Source: an uncultured Desulfosarcina sp.
GTDB taxonomy: Bacteria; Desulfobacterota; Desulfobacteria; Desulfobacterales; Desulfosarcinaceae
Assembly (NCBI GenBank): GCA_963674945.2
Contig: CAXXWQ010000004.1
Span: 2,816,001-2,880,000 of the forward strand
Length of the DNA stretch: 64,000 nucleotides
Direction: 5' to 3'
Below the pieces are notes generated by a model. It was given only the letters and a program-made list of their open reading frames with translations. It made no database searches and was not told the DNA's origin. The position numbers and the translations under genes are program-made. Below, piece after piece: positions 1-8,664 of the stretch. Numbering within the stretch: position 1 is the stretch's first letter; each line of letters begins with the position of its first letter.

Positions 1-817
1 AACCGAATATAAGAAATCCGGCACCTCGGTACTGGGGCAGAAACAGGCACCATGGGCAAGGGTGGGACAAGACCTGGTAGTAGTAGGCGGACCAGACCCG
101 CTTCACGGAAAACATCGACCCGACGCCCCACAATATGGCGACGGCCGGCCACAGAAAACCGGAATGGCGGTCGGGAGAGCGGATGGCCGAGGCCGCCAGA
201 AACAGCAATACGGCCGTTCCCGCCAGTTGGATAAAAATAGCAGCGGGTTCGCGCCACCGGGCGGACGCGGACATACCATCCGCAACCCTGTCGTATACTG
301 CGGCACAGCAACTTACCGTGGGTACGGCGGCGACATTCATCCACGCCTGCCATGTGAAAAGAAGGGCCGGCAACAGAAAGGGGGCGGCAAGGAGAAGGAA
401 GCGGGCGTTGACGGATGCCAACCTGCCTTGCGGATGGTGGCGATCCAGGTCGTCCAACACCCGCCAGCCGTAGAGAAGGACGAGCGCGGCACCCCAGAAA
501 AAGATAGCCCGGCCGCCGTGGACACCGGTTGCCTGGAGCACCCCGGTACCGCACATGGCACCGGGGATGATCCGGTGCCAGATACGGGTAATCCCCACCA
601 GGGCAACGATGGCCGCAATCGCCAGGCAGCCGAAGGCCCAACGTCCGAGAAGGGACGCCGTCTGGGCATGGCGTTCCCGTCGGAGCTGCGCCGCGTCCAA
701 AGCCGATGGATCCCATCCGATCACCACCGCAATGGCGCGGACGGCGCCGACGAGGTAGAGCAGCGCGCCGGTCGCCGCGACCGCCCAAAAGGCCCAGGAG
801 AATGGATGCCAGATCAC
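1..817 (-). CDS. Polytopic membrane protein with Cys motifs (GAMCGTG, SCC, HPCPWC); runs off the window edge
   Basis: Absent from ORF track. Manual translation from GTG at 817 (overlapping the ATPase stop, GTGA) gives MIWHPFSWAFWAVAATGALLYLVG...IPGAMCGTGVLQ...TVSCCAAVY...YYYQVLSHPCPWCLFLPQY with no stop and several hydrophobic segments. Confidence 0.8.
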   Translation of the reverse strand, partial: MIWHPFSWAFWAVAATGALLYLVGAVRAIAVVIGWDPSALDAAQLRRERHAQTASLLGRWAFGCLAIAAIVALVGITRIWHRIIPGAMCGTGVLQATGVHGGRAIFFWGAALVLLYGWRVLDDLDRHHPQGRLASVNARFLLLAAPFLLPALLFTWQAWMNVAAVPTVSCCAAVYDRVADGMSASARWREPAAIFIQLAGTAVLLFLAASAIRSPDRHSGFLWPAVAILWGVGSMFSVKRVWSAYYYQVLSHPCPWCLFLPQYRGAGFLIFG

Positions 818-1518
818 GAGGGATCCTGCCCTTGTTCTGCTTGAACCGGCGATAATGTTCCCGACGCCAGGCGAAATCGCCGCTGGTTTGCGTTGGACGA
901 GCGAAGACGCGGATCATGGGACCCGATGACCACCACGGCACCATCTCCGGCGGCGTCATGGAGAAGCGTTTCGATCTGCCGGGTGTGCCGGTCGTCCTGA
1001 AAGGCGGTGGGCTCGTCGACAAAAAGAAACCGGGGACGGGTCACCAGTGCCCGTGCCACGGCCAGGCGCTGCTGCTGGCCACCGGAAAGAGCCATGGTCT
1101 TTGTTTGGGCCAAGCCCGATAGATCCAACGCTTCGAGAACCCCTTGGATTTTTTTCTGCATCTTTTTGAATGCAAGGGATTTGGGAATCAGGGGCACCAG
1201 CAGGTTCTCCGCCGCGGTGAGATCCGCCACCAACGCCAGGTGTTGAAATACGATGCCCATTTGCTTCCGCCACCGATCCCGGTGGTGGGGCGACCACCGG
1301 GACACCGGCTTTCCATCGGCCCACACCTCGCCCGCCGTCGGGCGCAGCAGGCTCGCTAGAATATGCAAAAGGGTGCTCTTTCCCGCACCGGTATCGCCGG
1401 TGATCAACGTTACCGAACCCGGCGGAAACGTCGCCTCCACGGAGGACAACAAGGACGGCACCCCTGCCTGCCATCGGAACTCCAGGCGGCGGCAGGCCAG
1501 CCCATGCTTCAGTTCCAT
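814..1518 (-). CDS. ABC transporter ATP-binding protein (LolD/MacB-like)
   Basis: Walker A GDTGAGKS, signature LSGGQQQR, Walker B FLFVDEPT, H-loop SHD; start set at MELKHG, overlapping the permease stop. Confidence 0.9.
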   Translation of the reverse strand: MELKHGLACRRLEFRWQAGVPSLLSSVEATFPPGSVTLITGDTGAGKSTLLHILASLLRPTAGEVWADGKPVSRWSPHHRDRWRKQMGIVFQHLALVADLTAAENLLVPLIPKSLAFKKMQKKIQGVLEALDLSGLAQTKTMALSGGQQQRLAVARALVTRPRFLFVDEPTAFQDDRHTRQIETLLHDAAGDGAVVVIGSHDPRLRSSNANQRRFRLASGTLSPVQAEQGQDPS

Positions 1519-2666
1519 GGATTCACCTGCGTGTGGGGACCAGGATCGCCGGTGGCCAGGCGGAGACTGGACAGAAAAACGGTGGCCAGATAGGGAAGTC
1601 CCACCATGGCGACGACCTGTATCAACATCGTGGGCACGCCCTTTGCCGACAGAAATAGGGCCGGTAATTGTTGCCCGCCGGTAACCCAGTGGGCCAAAAG
1701 GGCGGCGGACGGCGGGTGAAAGACCATGACATAGGCCCCGAAGATGCCAAGGGCCAGTGCAGGTCCACCGATGACCAACGCCTTGGCCATCTGAAAAGAG
1801 AGAATGTTTTCGGTGGTCCACCCCAGGGCTTTCATGAGCCCCCACTGGTGACGCTGGGCGTTTTGAAAGGCGAATGTGCCGGCGATGATGTACAGCATCG
1901 CCAGCATCGCCGGAATCCAGGCCACGAGGGTGATTCCACCGATTTGAATGATGTGTGTGTGCTGTCGAACAAGGTGGGTGCTCAAATCGGTGATGCGAAC
2001 GGGCCAGGGGAAGGCGGCGGCCAGATCGGCCTGGATCGCCTTCTCCTCTTCCCGGCGAAACAGATGAACGGCCAGATCGCTAGCTTGCCCCGGCTTCAAC
2101 CCCAGCACGGCGCGGGCGTCTTCGGGAGACAACCAGACCAGGTCATGGGTGACCAGGCCGGAATTCTCGGGAAATCGCCCCGTAATCGTAAAAGAGACAG
2201 GCTCCGGCGTATACAATACCAGTCGACCGTCCGGGGCGTCACCAAAGATCCCCTGACCCACGACGGCCTGGCCCGGGGAAGGGGGATGGATACCATCGCC
2301 GATGGGTCGGGAAAGCCATCGGAGAGAGGAGACCAGTGTCACCGGGCCGCCGGAACCCATGGCCACCCCCCAGATTCGCGGCGTCGGGTCCAAGGCACCG
2401 GCAACGGCCTCGGCGCAGGCAACCGCCTGATCTGCCGGCAGGGGTGCCCAGCCGCCTGCGTCGATGCGACGGACCACCAGATCCGGAGCGTGATTCATCA
2501 ACGCTTGTCGCGTGGCATCCATTGCCTGTGTGAACAGCAGCACGGTCGCTACCATGAAAACCAGAACAGACAGACTAAAGAAAAGAAGCAGGCTGCTACC
2601 CCCTTGCCGTTGGATATCGCGGGCGGCCCAGATGACCATGGGAAGATATCGCGCACCGAATCTCAT
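1509..2666 (-). CDS. ABC transporter permease, FtsX/MacB/LolE-like
   Basis: N-terminal TM, periplasmic domain, QWGLMKALGW motif, then three TMs; start at MRFGARY. Confidence 0.8.
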   Translation of the reverse strand: MRFGARYLPMVIWAARDIQRQGGSSLLLFFSLSVLVFMVATVLLFTQAMDATRQALMNHAPDLVVRRIDAGGWAPLPADQAVACAEAVAGALDPTPRIWGVAMGSGGPVTLVSSLRWLSRPIGDGIHPPSPGQAVVGQGIFGDAPDGRLVLYTPEPVSFTITGRFPENSGLVTHDLVWLSPEDARAVLGLKPGQASDLAVHLFRREEEKAIQADLAAAFPWPVRITDLSTHLVRQHTHIIQIGGITLVAWIPAMLAMLYIIAGTFAFQNAQRHQWGLMKALGWTTENILSFQMAKALVIGGPALALGIFGAYVMVFHPPSAALLAHWVTGGQQLPALFLSAKGVPTMLIQVVAMVGLPYLATVFLSSLRLATGDPGPHTQVNPWN

Positions 2667-2932
2667 GGTTCGATCTCCGGTACGGGGATCAACCGCAGGT
2701 CCACACCCGGGTGAAGGGTTTCCGGACTGCGCTTGGGGCTGCCGGCGGGCCACAGGGCCGTTTCGCTGAGGGAAAAGGTTTTTATCGCCAACACCGCGCT
2801 TTCGGGGCCGGGCGAACGCAACCAAAGGTGCGTGCCGATGGCCACCATCACCAGGAGGCAAAACCCGGTGGAACCGTACAAGAGCCATTGGGCGAAACGA
2901 CATGGCGCAGGAGGTGAATCTTTTTTTTTCAT
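2663..2932 (-). CDS. Small single-TM hypothetical protein
   Basis: One hydrophobic helix; stop overlaps the permease ATG (ATGA); start may be 2947. Confidence 0.6.
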   Translation of the reverse strand: MKKKDSPPAPCRFAQWLLYGSTGFCLLVMVAIGTHLWLRSPGPESAVLAIKTFSLSETALWPAGSPKRSPETLHPGVDLRLIPVPEIEP

Positions 2933-2987
2933 CGGTAGTGATTTCATGGTAGGCACTTTTCGGGCCGCGGCGATTATCGGTTCCCAT

Positions 2988-3698
2988 TCAGAAATGGCAC
3001 ATGTGCCATTTCTGTGTGGGCACTTTGGCCGGCAGCGCATGGTTACTGATCCGCCGCCACAAGTCATCGTCCAACTGGTCGAAGGTGAAGACGTGTCGTC
3101 CCCCGTGACGCGCCTTGAAGGTGGCCAGTTGTGATGCATCACCCAACGCGATGATGGCCGGGCCCATGGGGCCCACCACGTCGGATCCGGCCACCCACGT
3201 GGCCTTTCGTCCGTTTATGGGTGCACCGGAAAAATAGTCCAAGACCACCAGGCGATCGATACTGTCACGGGTTTTACCCAGATAGATACCCGGTCGAAGC
3301 CAAGAGCGGAGAAGACATCCATTGGTGCAAAAGTAAAAGGTCTCACCACTCGCAAGGGTCATGGCCGCCGCCGTTTGGGGGTAGCGAGCCGGAAACATGG
3401 CACACACCGGGCATCGATCGGACTCGCTCGGGTTCAACGCGCCGTCTGCGGACAGGGATTGTTCTGCCGGTGCCGGTCCGCCTTGGGCGGCACCGGCAGT
3501 TCCGACGCAAAATACAAACATCATCGCAAAAAAAATGTTCAAGATGTTTTTTGTTGCCGATGAGAATACACTCACGCTGTTGTTCTTCCTTCCCACCCCC
3601 CGAAAGACAGGGTGAGCGCCGTTCCGACGCGAAAAAAGTGGATTGGCGACGACGCCAGAAGAGATGGCAAGTGTATCCATTTTTTGGCCAAACCGCAA
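2988..3698 (-). CDS. NosL-family periplasmic metal (Cu)-binding protein
   Basis: CPVCAM, YFCxxxC, DY, GSDVVGPMG and F...HGG motifs typical of NosL; true start probably downstream of 3698, just ahead of the signal peptide. Confidence 0.8.
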   Translation of the reverse strand: MRFGQKMDTLAISSGVVANPLFSRRNGAHPVFRGVGRKNNSVSVFSSATKNILNIFFAMMFVFCVGTAGAAQGGPAPAEQSLSADGALNPSESDRCPVCAMFPARYPQTAAAMTLASGETFYFCTNGCLLRSWLRPGIYLGKTRDSIDRLVVLDYFSGAPINGRKATWVAGSDVVGPMGPAIIALGDASQLATFKARHGGRHVFTFDQLDDDLWRRISNHALPAKVPTQKWHMCHF

Positions 3699-3755
3699 GT
3701 CGTTCCGGTGCCGGATCTATTGACTTCAATGTTTTGCCGGCGTACTTCAATGTAA

Positions 3756-4460
3756 ATGACACCTGCCATCGATCCGACGATAGACGTGATGGGCCTGTTC
3801 ATGCTGGGCCTTATGGGAACCGGTCACTGCATCGGCATGTGCGGCCCTCTGGTGGTGGCCCTGCCGGGGCAGACAGGACGATTTTCCGCCCATCTTTTTT
3901 ACCATGCCGGCCGATTGATCACCTACGGGGTGATCGGGGGGATCATGGGGGGCGTTGGAAGCGGATTGATTCGAATGGCGGCGGGCCTGGGCGCCGATCC
4001 CATGGCATGGATGATCCGGACACAGGTGGGGCTTAGCCTTCTTGCGGCAATTTTCCTGTTTCTGCTTGGACTGTCCCGCCTGGGCTTCGTCAGCGAACCT
4101 CAGTGGCTCAGCATCGCCGCACCCAACCGAATTCCCGGGTGGCGGAAACTCATGTCCAAGAAGGGCCATCGGCGCAGCGACGGGGATCTTTTTCTCATGG
4201 GATTGCTTTTGGGCGGCCTTCCCTGCGGATTGTCCTACGCCGCCTTTACCAAGTCCATGGCGAATGCGCAGATACCGTCCGGCGCGTTGTTGGCCTTCGT
4301 ATTCGGCCTTGGGACCCTGCCCGGACTCCTGGCCATCGGTGCCGGCGCGGCGGCCATGATGCGGCGATACAGACAACACACCGAGATCGCGTCCGGTTTG
4401 ATCATGATCGGCATGGCCGCCATGTTGCTCGTCAAGGTGATGGAGGCCATGGGAGGATAA
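3756..4460 (+). CDS. DsbD_2/TauE-SafE-like membrane protein (metal or thiol handling)
   Basis: HCIGMCGP and LPCGLSY motifs, about six TMs. Confidence 0.85.
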   Translation: MTPAIDPTIDVMGLFMLGLMGTGHCIGMCGPLVVALPGQTGRFSAHLFYHAGRLITYGVIGGIMGGVGSGLIRMAAGLGADPMAWMIRTQVGLSLLAAIFLFLLGLSRLGFVSEPQWLSIAAPNRIPGWRKLMSKKGHRRSDGDLFLMGLLLGGLPCGLSYAAFTKSMANAQIPSGALLAFVFGLGTLPGLLAIGAGAAAMMRRYRQHTEIASGLIMIGMAAMLLVKVMEAMGG

Positions 4461-4488
4461 AGGAAAATTACCGTGGGTGCCGTGGGCC

Positions 4489-4544
4489 GCGTATGGTTGG
4501 ATACGTCGCAGTGACGCAGATTTCGGGCTTTTTACGATGCCGTC
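4489..4544 (+). repeat. Partial copy (right end) of the palindromic ~125-bp repeat
   Basis: ggatacgtcgcagtgacg...gggctttttacgatgccgtc matches the copy at 36685-36809. Confidence 0.8.
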
Positions 4545-5380
4545 AACCCCGCAGACCGCAACATGGGCAGCAGGTGGGCCAGGCTCCGGCTTCCGGCCTC
4601 TTCGGGCCGGTCGGTATAAGGGTAAAGCTCCAGACTCATGTCACAATTGTAGCCAAGGCGTTTCATGGCAGCGAATACCGACGGAAAGTCGATGGCCCCT
4701 TCACCGGCGATGAGGTGGTTGTGCTCCCGGGAGGGGGCGATATCCTCGATGTGAACATGGCCGATCCAGGGAAACAGATCCTCGAAGGCGGTCGCAGGAT
4801 CCTCCCCCGCACAATAGAAGTGGCCGATATCGAAGTTGATGCCAACGACGGGTGATTGGATTTCCGCAACGAAGGGCTTGATCTCACCGGTTCGTTCCAT
4901 GAGAAGGTCCGGTTCCGGTTCGATGAGAAGTTTCACCTCCAATGCCTCGGCTCTGGGCAACACCTGTTCCAGCCCCCGATGAAACAGATCAAGGGCCTGT
5001 TTTCGGGTCATGTTGGCGGGCAATGGCCCTCCCGGTGGCACCGAGATGTTTCGGCAGCCGATGAAGGCCGCGATGTCCAGGCATGCCAGGGTATGGTCCA
5101 CACGCATCTGCCGGCGATGTGCCTCCGGTTCGATCCAGGATGGCAGATAGGTATCCCCCACGGCAAAAAGGGTAAAGCTGTTGAGATTCGTGGGCGCCAG
5201 ACCATTTTTTTCAAGGGAGGATTTCACCTCTTCCAGCCGTTTGGCATCGTACTCTGGTGGGTAAAGGTGAGGCTGGTCGCACATGATCTCCACGCCGGAA
5301 AATCCAAGCCCGGCAATGCGGTCCAATGACGCCAGTAGAGAATACTTGACAAAGGCATTCGTGCTGTAACCAAAAATCAT
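4532..5380 (-). CDS. Sugar phosphate isomerase/epimerase (xylose isomerase-like TIM barrel)
   Basis: LLIEPEP, NFDIGH, HVHIED, SLELY metal-binding motifs. Confidence 0.85.
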   Translation of the reverse strand: MIFGYSTNAFVKYSLLASLDRIAGLGFSGVEIMCDQPHLYPPEYDAKRLEEVKSSLEKNGLAPTNLNSFTLFAVGDTYLPSWIEPEAHRRQMRVDHTLACLDIAAFIGCRNISVPPGGPLPANMTRKQALDLFHRGLEQVLPRAEALEVKLLIEPEPDLLMERTGEIKPFVAEIQSPVVGINFDIGHFYCAGEDPATAFEDLFPWIGHVHIEDIAPSREHNHLIAGEGAIDFPSVFAAMKRLGYNCDMSLELYPYTDRPEEAGSRSLAHLLPMLRSAGLTAS

Positions 5381-5391
5381 GTTTTTTATCC

Positions 5392-5432
5392 TTGCCGGCT
5401 TCGCGAAAAGCCCGATATCTGCGTTACGCTTC
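5392..5432 (-). repeat. Partial inverted copy of the palindromic repeat
   Basis: Reverse complement gaagcgtaacgcagatatcgggcttttcgcgaagccggc matches the right end of the full copies. Confidence 0.7.
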
Positions 5433-6593
5433 GCCCGTTCGGGCTTGAATCAGCGATTCCAGACGCGACAATGCGGCCAGCTGATCCTGAAAGGTGAGCG
5501 GTGCCCCCGACCCCACAGCCCTTTTGAAGAAAAAGCCCAGGTCGGGTATGGGGCCCGCAACACCGGCCACCTGCAGGGCGGTCACCCAACGGGCCAGGTC
5601 CAGAACCATCGGGGCGGCGAGGATAGAATCCCGTCCCTGCAGGTTCAGCCGAAGACTCATGGGCATGCCGAAAAGGCCGGTAATGTCGATGGTGTCCCAC
5701 GCCTCCTTGGCGTCTCCCCTGGGCGGATAGTAGTCGATGTGGACCTTGTGGGTCGGGTGGCCATATCTCTCACCCACCGAATATTCCAGGATTTCATCCA
5801 ACAGCCGGGTCTTGTTGGTCAATTTCCCGCAGGCATTGTCCGGGTCCATGAGATTTCGGCCGTCCGCATTTCCCAGGATGTTCAGACTGTACCAGCCGTC
5901 CACATAAAGCCCCCTTGCCTTCAGGGCCGAGGCGAGGACAACCTTGAAATAGGTCTGGCCTGTCTTGCCGTCACGACCGGCGATGGGCACCCCGTTGGTT
6001 TCGGCCAGTGACAGTATGGCAGGCAGTTCAACGGTATTGGGTGTGAAGTTGACCACCGGTATACCTGTCTCCACGGCGGCGGCCACATAGGCCAGGTCCG
6101 GCAATACCGTTCGGGCGTTTTGGGCCCGTATCACCTCCATTTGGGAAAAATTCTCAGGGTCCATGACATCGCAGGCCGCCGGCAAGAGATTGGCAAGCAC
6201 CGGCCGGGCATCGGGAAAGCGCTCCCGGCAGTTGCGGATACCGGCCTGGATTTGGGTCATCTGATCGCCGATCGTACCCGTATCGGCCGGTGCATCGTAG
6301 ACGACCAGCTCGGCCAGTTCGGATTCATAGGGACGCCACGACGCTTCGGACAACACGCCATGGTGCGATAGGCTTTCAACCATTGTATTCGATGACGCGT
6401 CCCATCCGGCCATGACCACCGCGGGGCAGGGTCCCAGAAAGGAAAATTTATCGGCGGTCGTCAGCGCATCGACAATAAGCTGGGGGTTCGTCTGCATGGC
6501 GGCGACGGCGGCCGCGAGGGTTGTCCCGATGGCACCCTTTGCGCCGGCCACCAGCAACAATAATCGCGGAGAATGTTCTGACAGATTGCGCAT
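5424..6593 (-). CDS. ino1: Myo-inositol-1-phosphate (inositol-3-phosphate) synthase
   Basis: GRDGKTGQT, NILGNADG, YYPPRGDAKEAWD, GRDSILAAPMVLDL motifs. Confidence 0.9.
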   Translation of the reverse strand: MRNLSEHSPRLLLLVAGAKGAIGTTLAAAVAAMQTNPQLIVDALTTADKFSFLGPCPAVVMAGWDASSNTMVESLSHHGVLSEASWRPYESELAELVVYDAPADTGTIGDQMTQIQAGIRNCRERFPDARPVLANLLPAACDVMDPENFSQMEVIRAQNARTVLPDLAYVAAAVETGIPVVNFTPNTVELPAILSLAETNGVPIAGRDGKTGQTYFKVVLASALKARGLYVDGWYSLNILGNADGRNLMDPDNACGKLTNKTRLLDEILEYSVGERYGHPTHKVHIDYYPPRGDAKEAWDTIDITGLFGMPMSLRLNLQGRDSILAAPMVLDLARWVTALQVAGVAGPIPDLGFFFKRAVGSGAPLTFQDQLAALSRLESLIQARTGEA

Positions 6594-6702
6594 GGCGTAT
6601 TCGACTCAGTATGCGTGGGTTATTGGCAGTTACTCATCAGCCGGGGTACAATAAAAAGACGGTCTGTCAATGTCAAGTACGATGAAACCGTAAAACATGG
6701 CA

Positions 6703-7185
6703 TCAGGGAATGGTCGATTTGATCCGATAGGTCGAAAGCCGGTTTTGAAATTGGGTGATGTGGTTTCGCTCCTCGGCGATAATCCGATCCAACTGACCGG
6801 CGACCTCCTCGTCCATTACGAGGGCCTTGAGCACTTCGTAAAAGGCGATGGTGTCATCTTCGAACCCGATGAAAACGCGAATCATCTCTTCTGCGGTTTT
6901 GATGGTGGAAAAATCCACCTCCTGCAGGGAAAAGGCCTGGTCCTGAATCACATCCTCTACCAGTGCGCTGCTCAGTTGCTGCATCAGGTGATGATCTTCC
7001 CCTTTTCTCAACCGATCCTTTTGTCGGCTGAACCATTCGGCATGATTTTTTTCTTCCTGGGCCATCCAAGCCAAAAGCGCCTTCAACGCTTCATCGGGCG
7101 CATGGGCCATGGCTGCCCGATAGGTCTTTTCACCGTTTTCTTCCAGGCGAATGGCGATGTCGAAAATATCTTGGGCGGTGAACAT
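6703..7185 (-). CDS. Rubrerythrin/ferritin-like di-iron protein
   Basis: AIRLEENG..Y, EEKNH, FEDD...FY, EERNH. Confidence 0.85.
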   Translation of the reverse strand: MFTAQDIFDIAIRLEENGEKTYRAAMAHAPDEALKALLAWMAQEEKNHAEWFSRQKDRLRKGEDHHLMQQLSSALVEDVIQDQAFSLQEVDFSTIKTAEEMIRVFIGFEDDTIAFYEVLKALVMDEEVAGQLDRIIAEERNHITQFQNRLSTYRIKSTIP

Positions 7186-7241
7186 GATGGCCTTTTCACT
7201 TTCTTTGGACCCGTTTCCCGGTCGCGTTCCAATCCATTTCG

Positions 7242-8396
7242 CTAATCGGTAGCGGCCTTCTCCAGATCAATAATCTTTCTGTCCAGATAGGATTTGGTCT
7301 CATAACGGGTGACACGCATCAGTTTGTTCGTGATGTCGCCCATCTTGCTGATTTGCGAAAGGATCTTCTTGATCTTTTCGCTGCGGGAAGCATTTTCGGG
7401 GTATTCCATCAGGAGCAACTCCGCATAGCCGGTGATGGCCATGAGAGGTTGATTCAGATCGTGACACACCGCACCGGCGAGTTCCAGGGCGCCTTGCAAT
7501 CGTTCGTTTTTTCGATTGGCCGCCTCGGCCTCTTTTTGTTGGGTAATGTCGTCGAGGATGATCACACAGCCGCGAAACTTCTCACTGACATCCAACATCC
7601 GTTTGATTTTGATGGAAAGGTAGCGACAGCCCGATGCCGTTTCCACTTCACGCACCACCGTTTTTTCCTGAACGCCGCTTTCGACGAAGTTGTGAACTTC
7701 CGGAAGCAACCATGCAACCAAACGGTCCGGTCGGCTGTCGTGATAGTAGTCGGCGCCCGGGACGGTGTCACCCCCGAACAGGGTCACCCAGGCATGGTTC
7801 AGCGAATCGACGCGATTGTGCTCATCCAGCACGGCCACCGGCGATTGGAGGCTTTCGAAGATGGTCAGGTATTTGTTTTTTTCGTTGGTGATGGTGCGGT
7901 TGGCCTGCTGGAGCGCTTTCAAATGATCGGTTCCGTTGGGTGCTTGCCAGGTGGTGACGAGGCCGATTTCGATCCGATCGAAAAAGCGTTTGAGGGTGTG
8001 GCGACACCGCTTCCGGCAGTCTGGATCCGGTTGTCTCTGATCGATCAGATCCATAAAACTCTGCCGGCAGTATTTCAACAATCCCAAAAACATCCGCAGA
8101 TCCACGCCACGGTCCCGATGTCGCATGGCCTCGAGGATACCGAATTGCGTCAGTGTATCTTTGGTGTAATCTTCGTCCGGCTCCAGTTCCACATCCGACG
8201 GCAGGGATTTTAGCGCAACGATCATAGAGTTCGATAGGCCGGCGATGACCTGTCGCCAGGCTTCGCGCAAGGTGGGGGCATAACGGACGTACCCTTGGCG
8301 TTTGGCGTAATGGAGGATCCTGTCAATCAGCCAATCTTCGTTTTCGGCGATAAGGGCGCAAAGGGCTTCGGAATCGGCTTGGTGAAATAGGTCCAT
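7242..8396 (-). CDS. PAS plus HisKA-domain sensor protein lacking the HATPase domain
   Basis: N-terminal helical domain, PAS ending in DIT, H-box GAVCHDLNQPL; ends about 65 aa later with no N/G1/F/G2 boxes. Confidence 0.75.
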   Translation of the reverse strand: MDLFHQADSEALCALIAENEDWLIDRILHYAKRQGYVRYAPTLREAWRQVIAGLSNSMIVALKSLPSDVELEPDEDYTKDTLTQFGILEAMRHRDRGVDLRMFLGLLKYCRQSFMDLIDQRQPDPDCRKRCRHTLKRFFDRIEIGLVTTWQAPNGTDHLKALQQANRTITNEKNKYLTIFESLQSPVAVLDEHNRVDSLNHAWVTLFGGDTVPGADYYHDSRPDRLVAWLLPEVHNFVESGVQEKTVVREVETASGCRYLSIKIKRMLDVSEKFRGCVIILDDITQQKEAEAANRKNERLQGALELAGAVCHDLNQPLMAITGYAELLLMEYPENASRSEKIKKILSQISKMGDITNKLMRVTRYETKSYLDRKIIDLEKAATD

Positions 8397-8664
8397 CTCG
8401 TCGATCTTTCTAGGACGATTCGGCCATGGTGATACGGAGGTTCATGTCGTGCTCTCGATATATTTGAATCGTAGTGCAAATCCAGGACAAAGTAAAGCAA
8501 GCTTACCTTTCATCAGTCGTCCGTTTCGCTTTTTTCTGAAGCTCCAAAATGAATTTTTTGACCGACAAGAGCGCAGCACAACGAAAAACCCTCTTGCCGG
8601 TTGTCCATTACACGGATATGAAAATGATAGTAAGCACCATACCCTTCTGAAAGTCAAAGGAGCC

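Noticed and set aside
62..844. Long plus-strand ORF and similar antisense ORFs (e.g. 1668-2714, 8608-9765, 19966-21105, 25108-26034)
   Set aside because: They are shadows of well-supported genes on the opposite strand in GC-rich DNA and carry no recognisable motifs
2988..3698. Nitrous oxide reductase (nos) cluster
   Set aside because: Only a NosL-like gene is present; no nosZ, nosD or nosR, and the permease is MacB/FtsX-type rather than NosY
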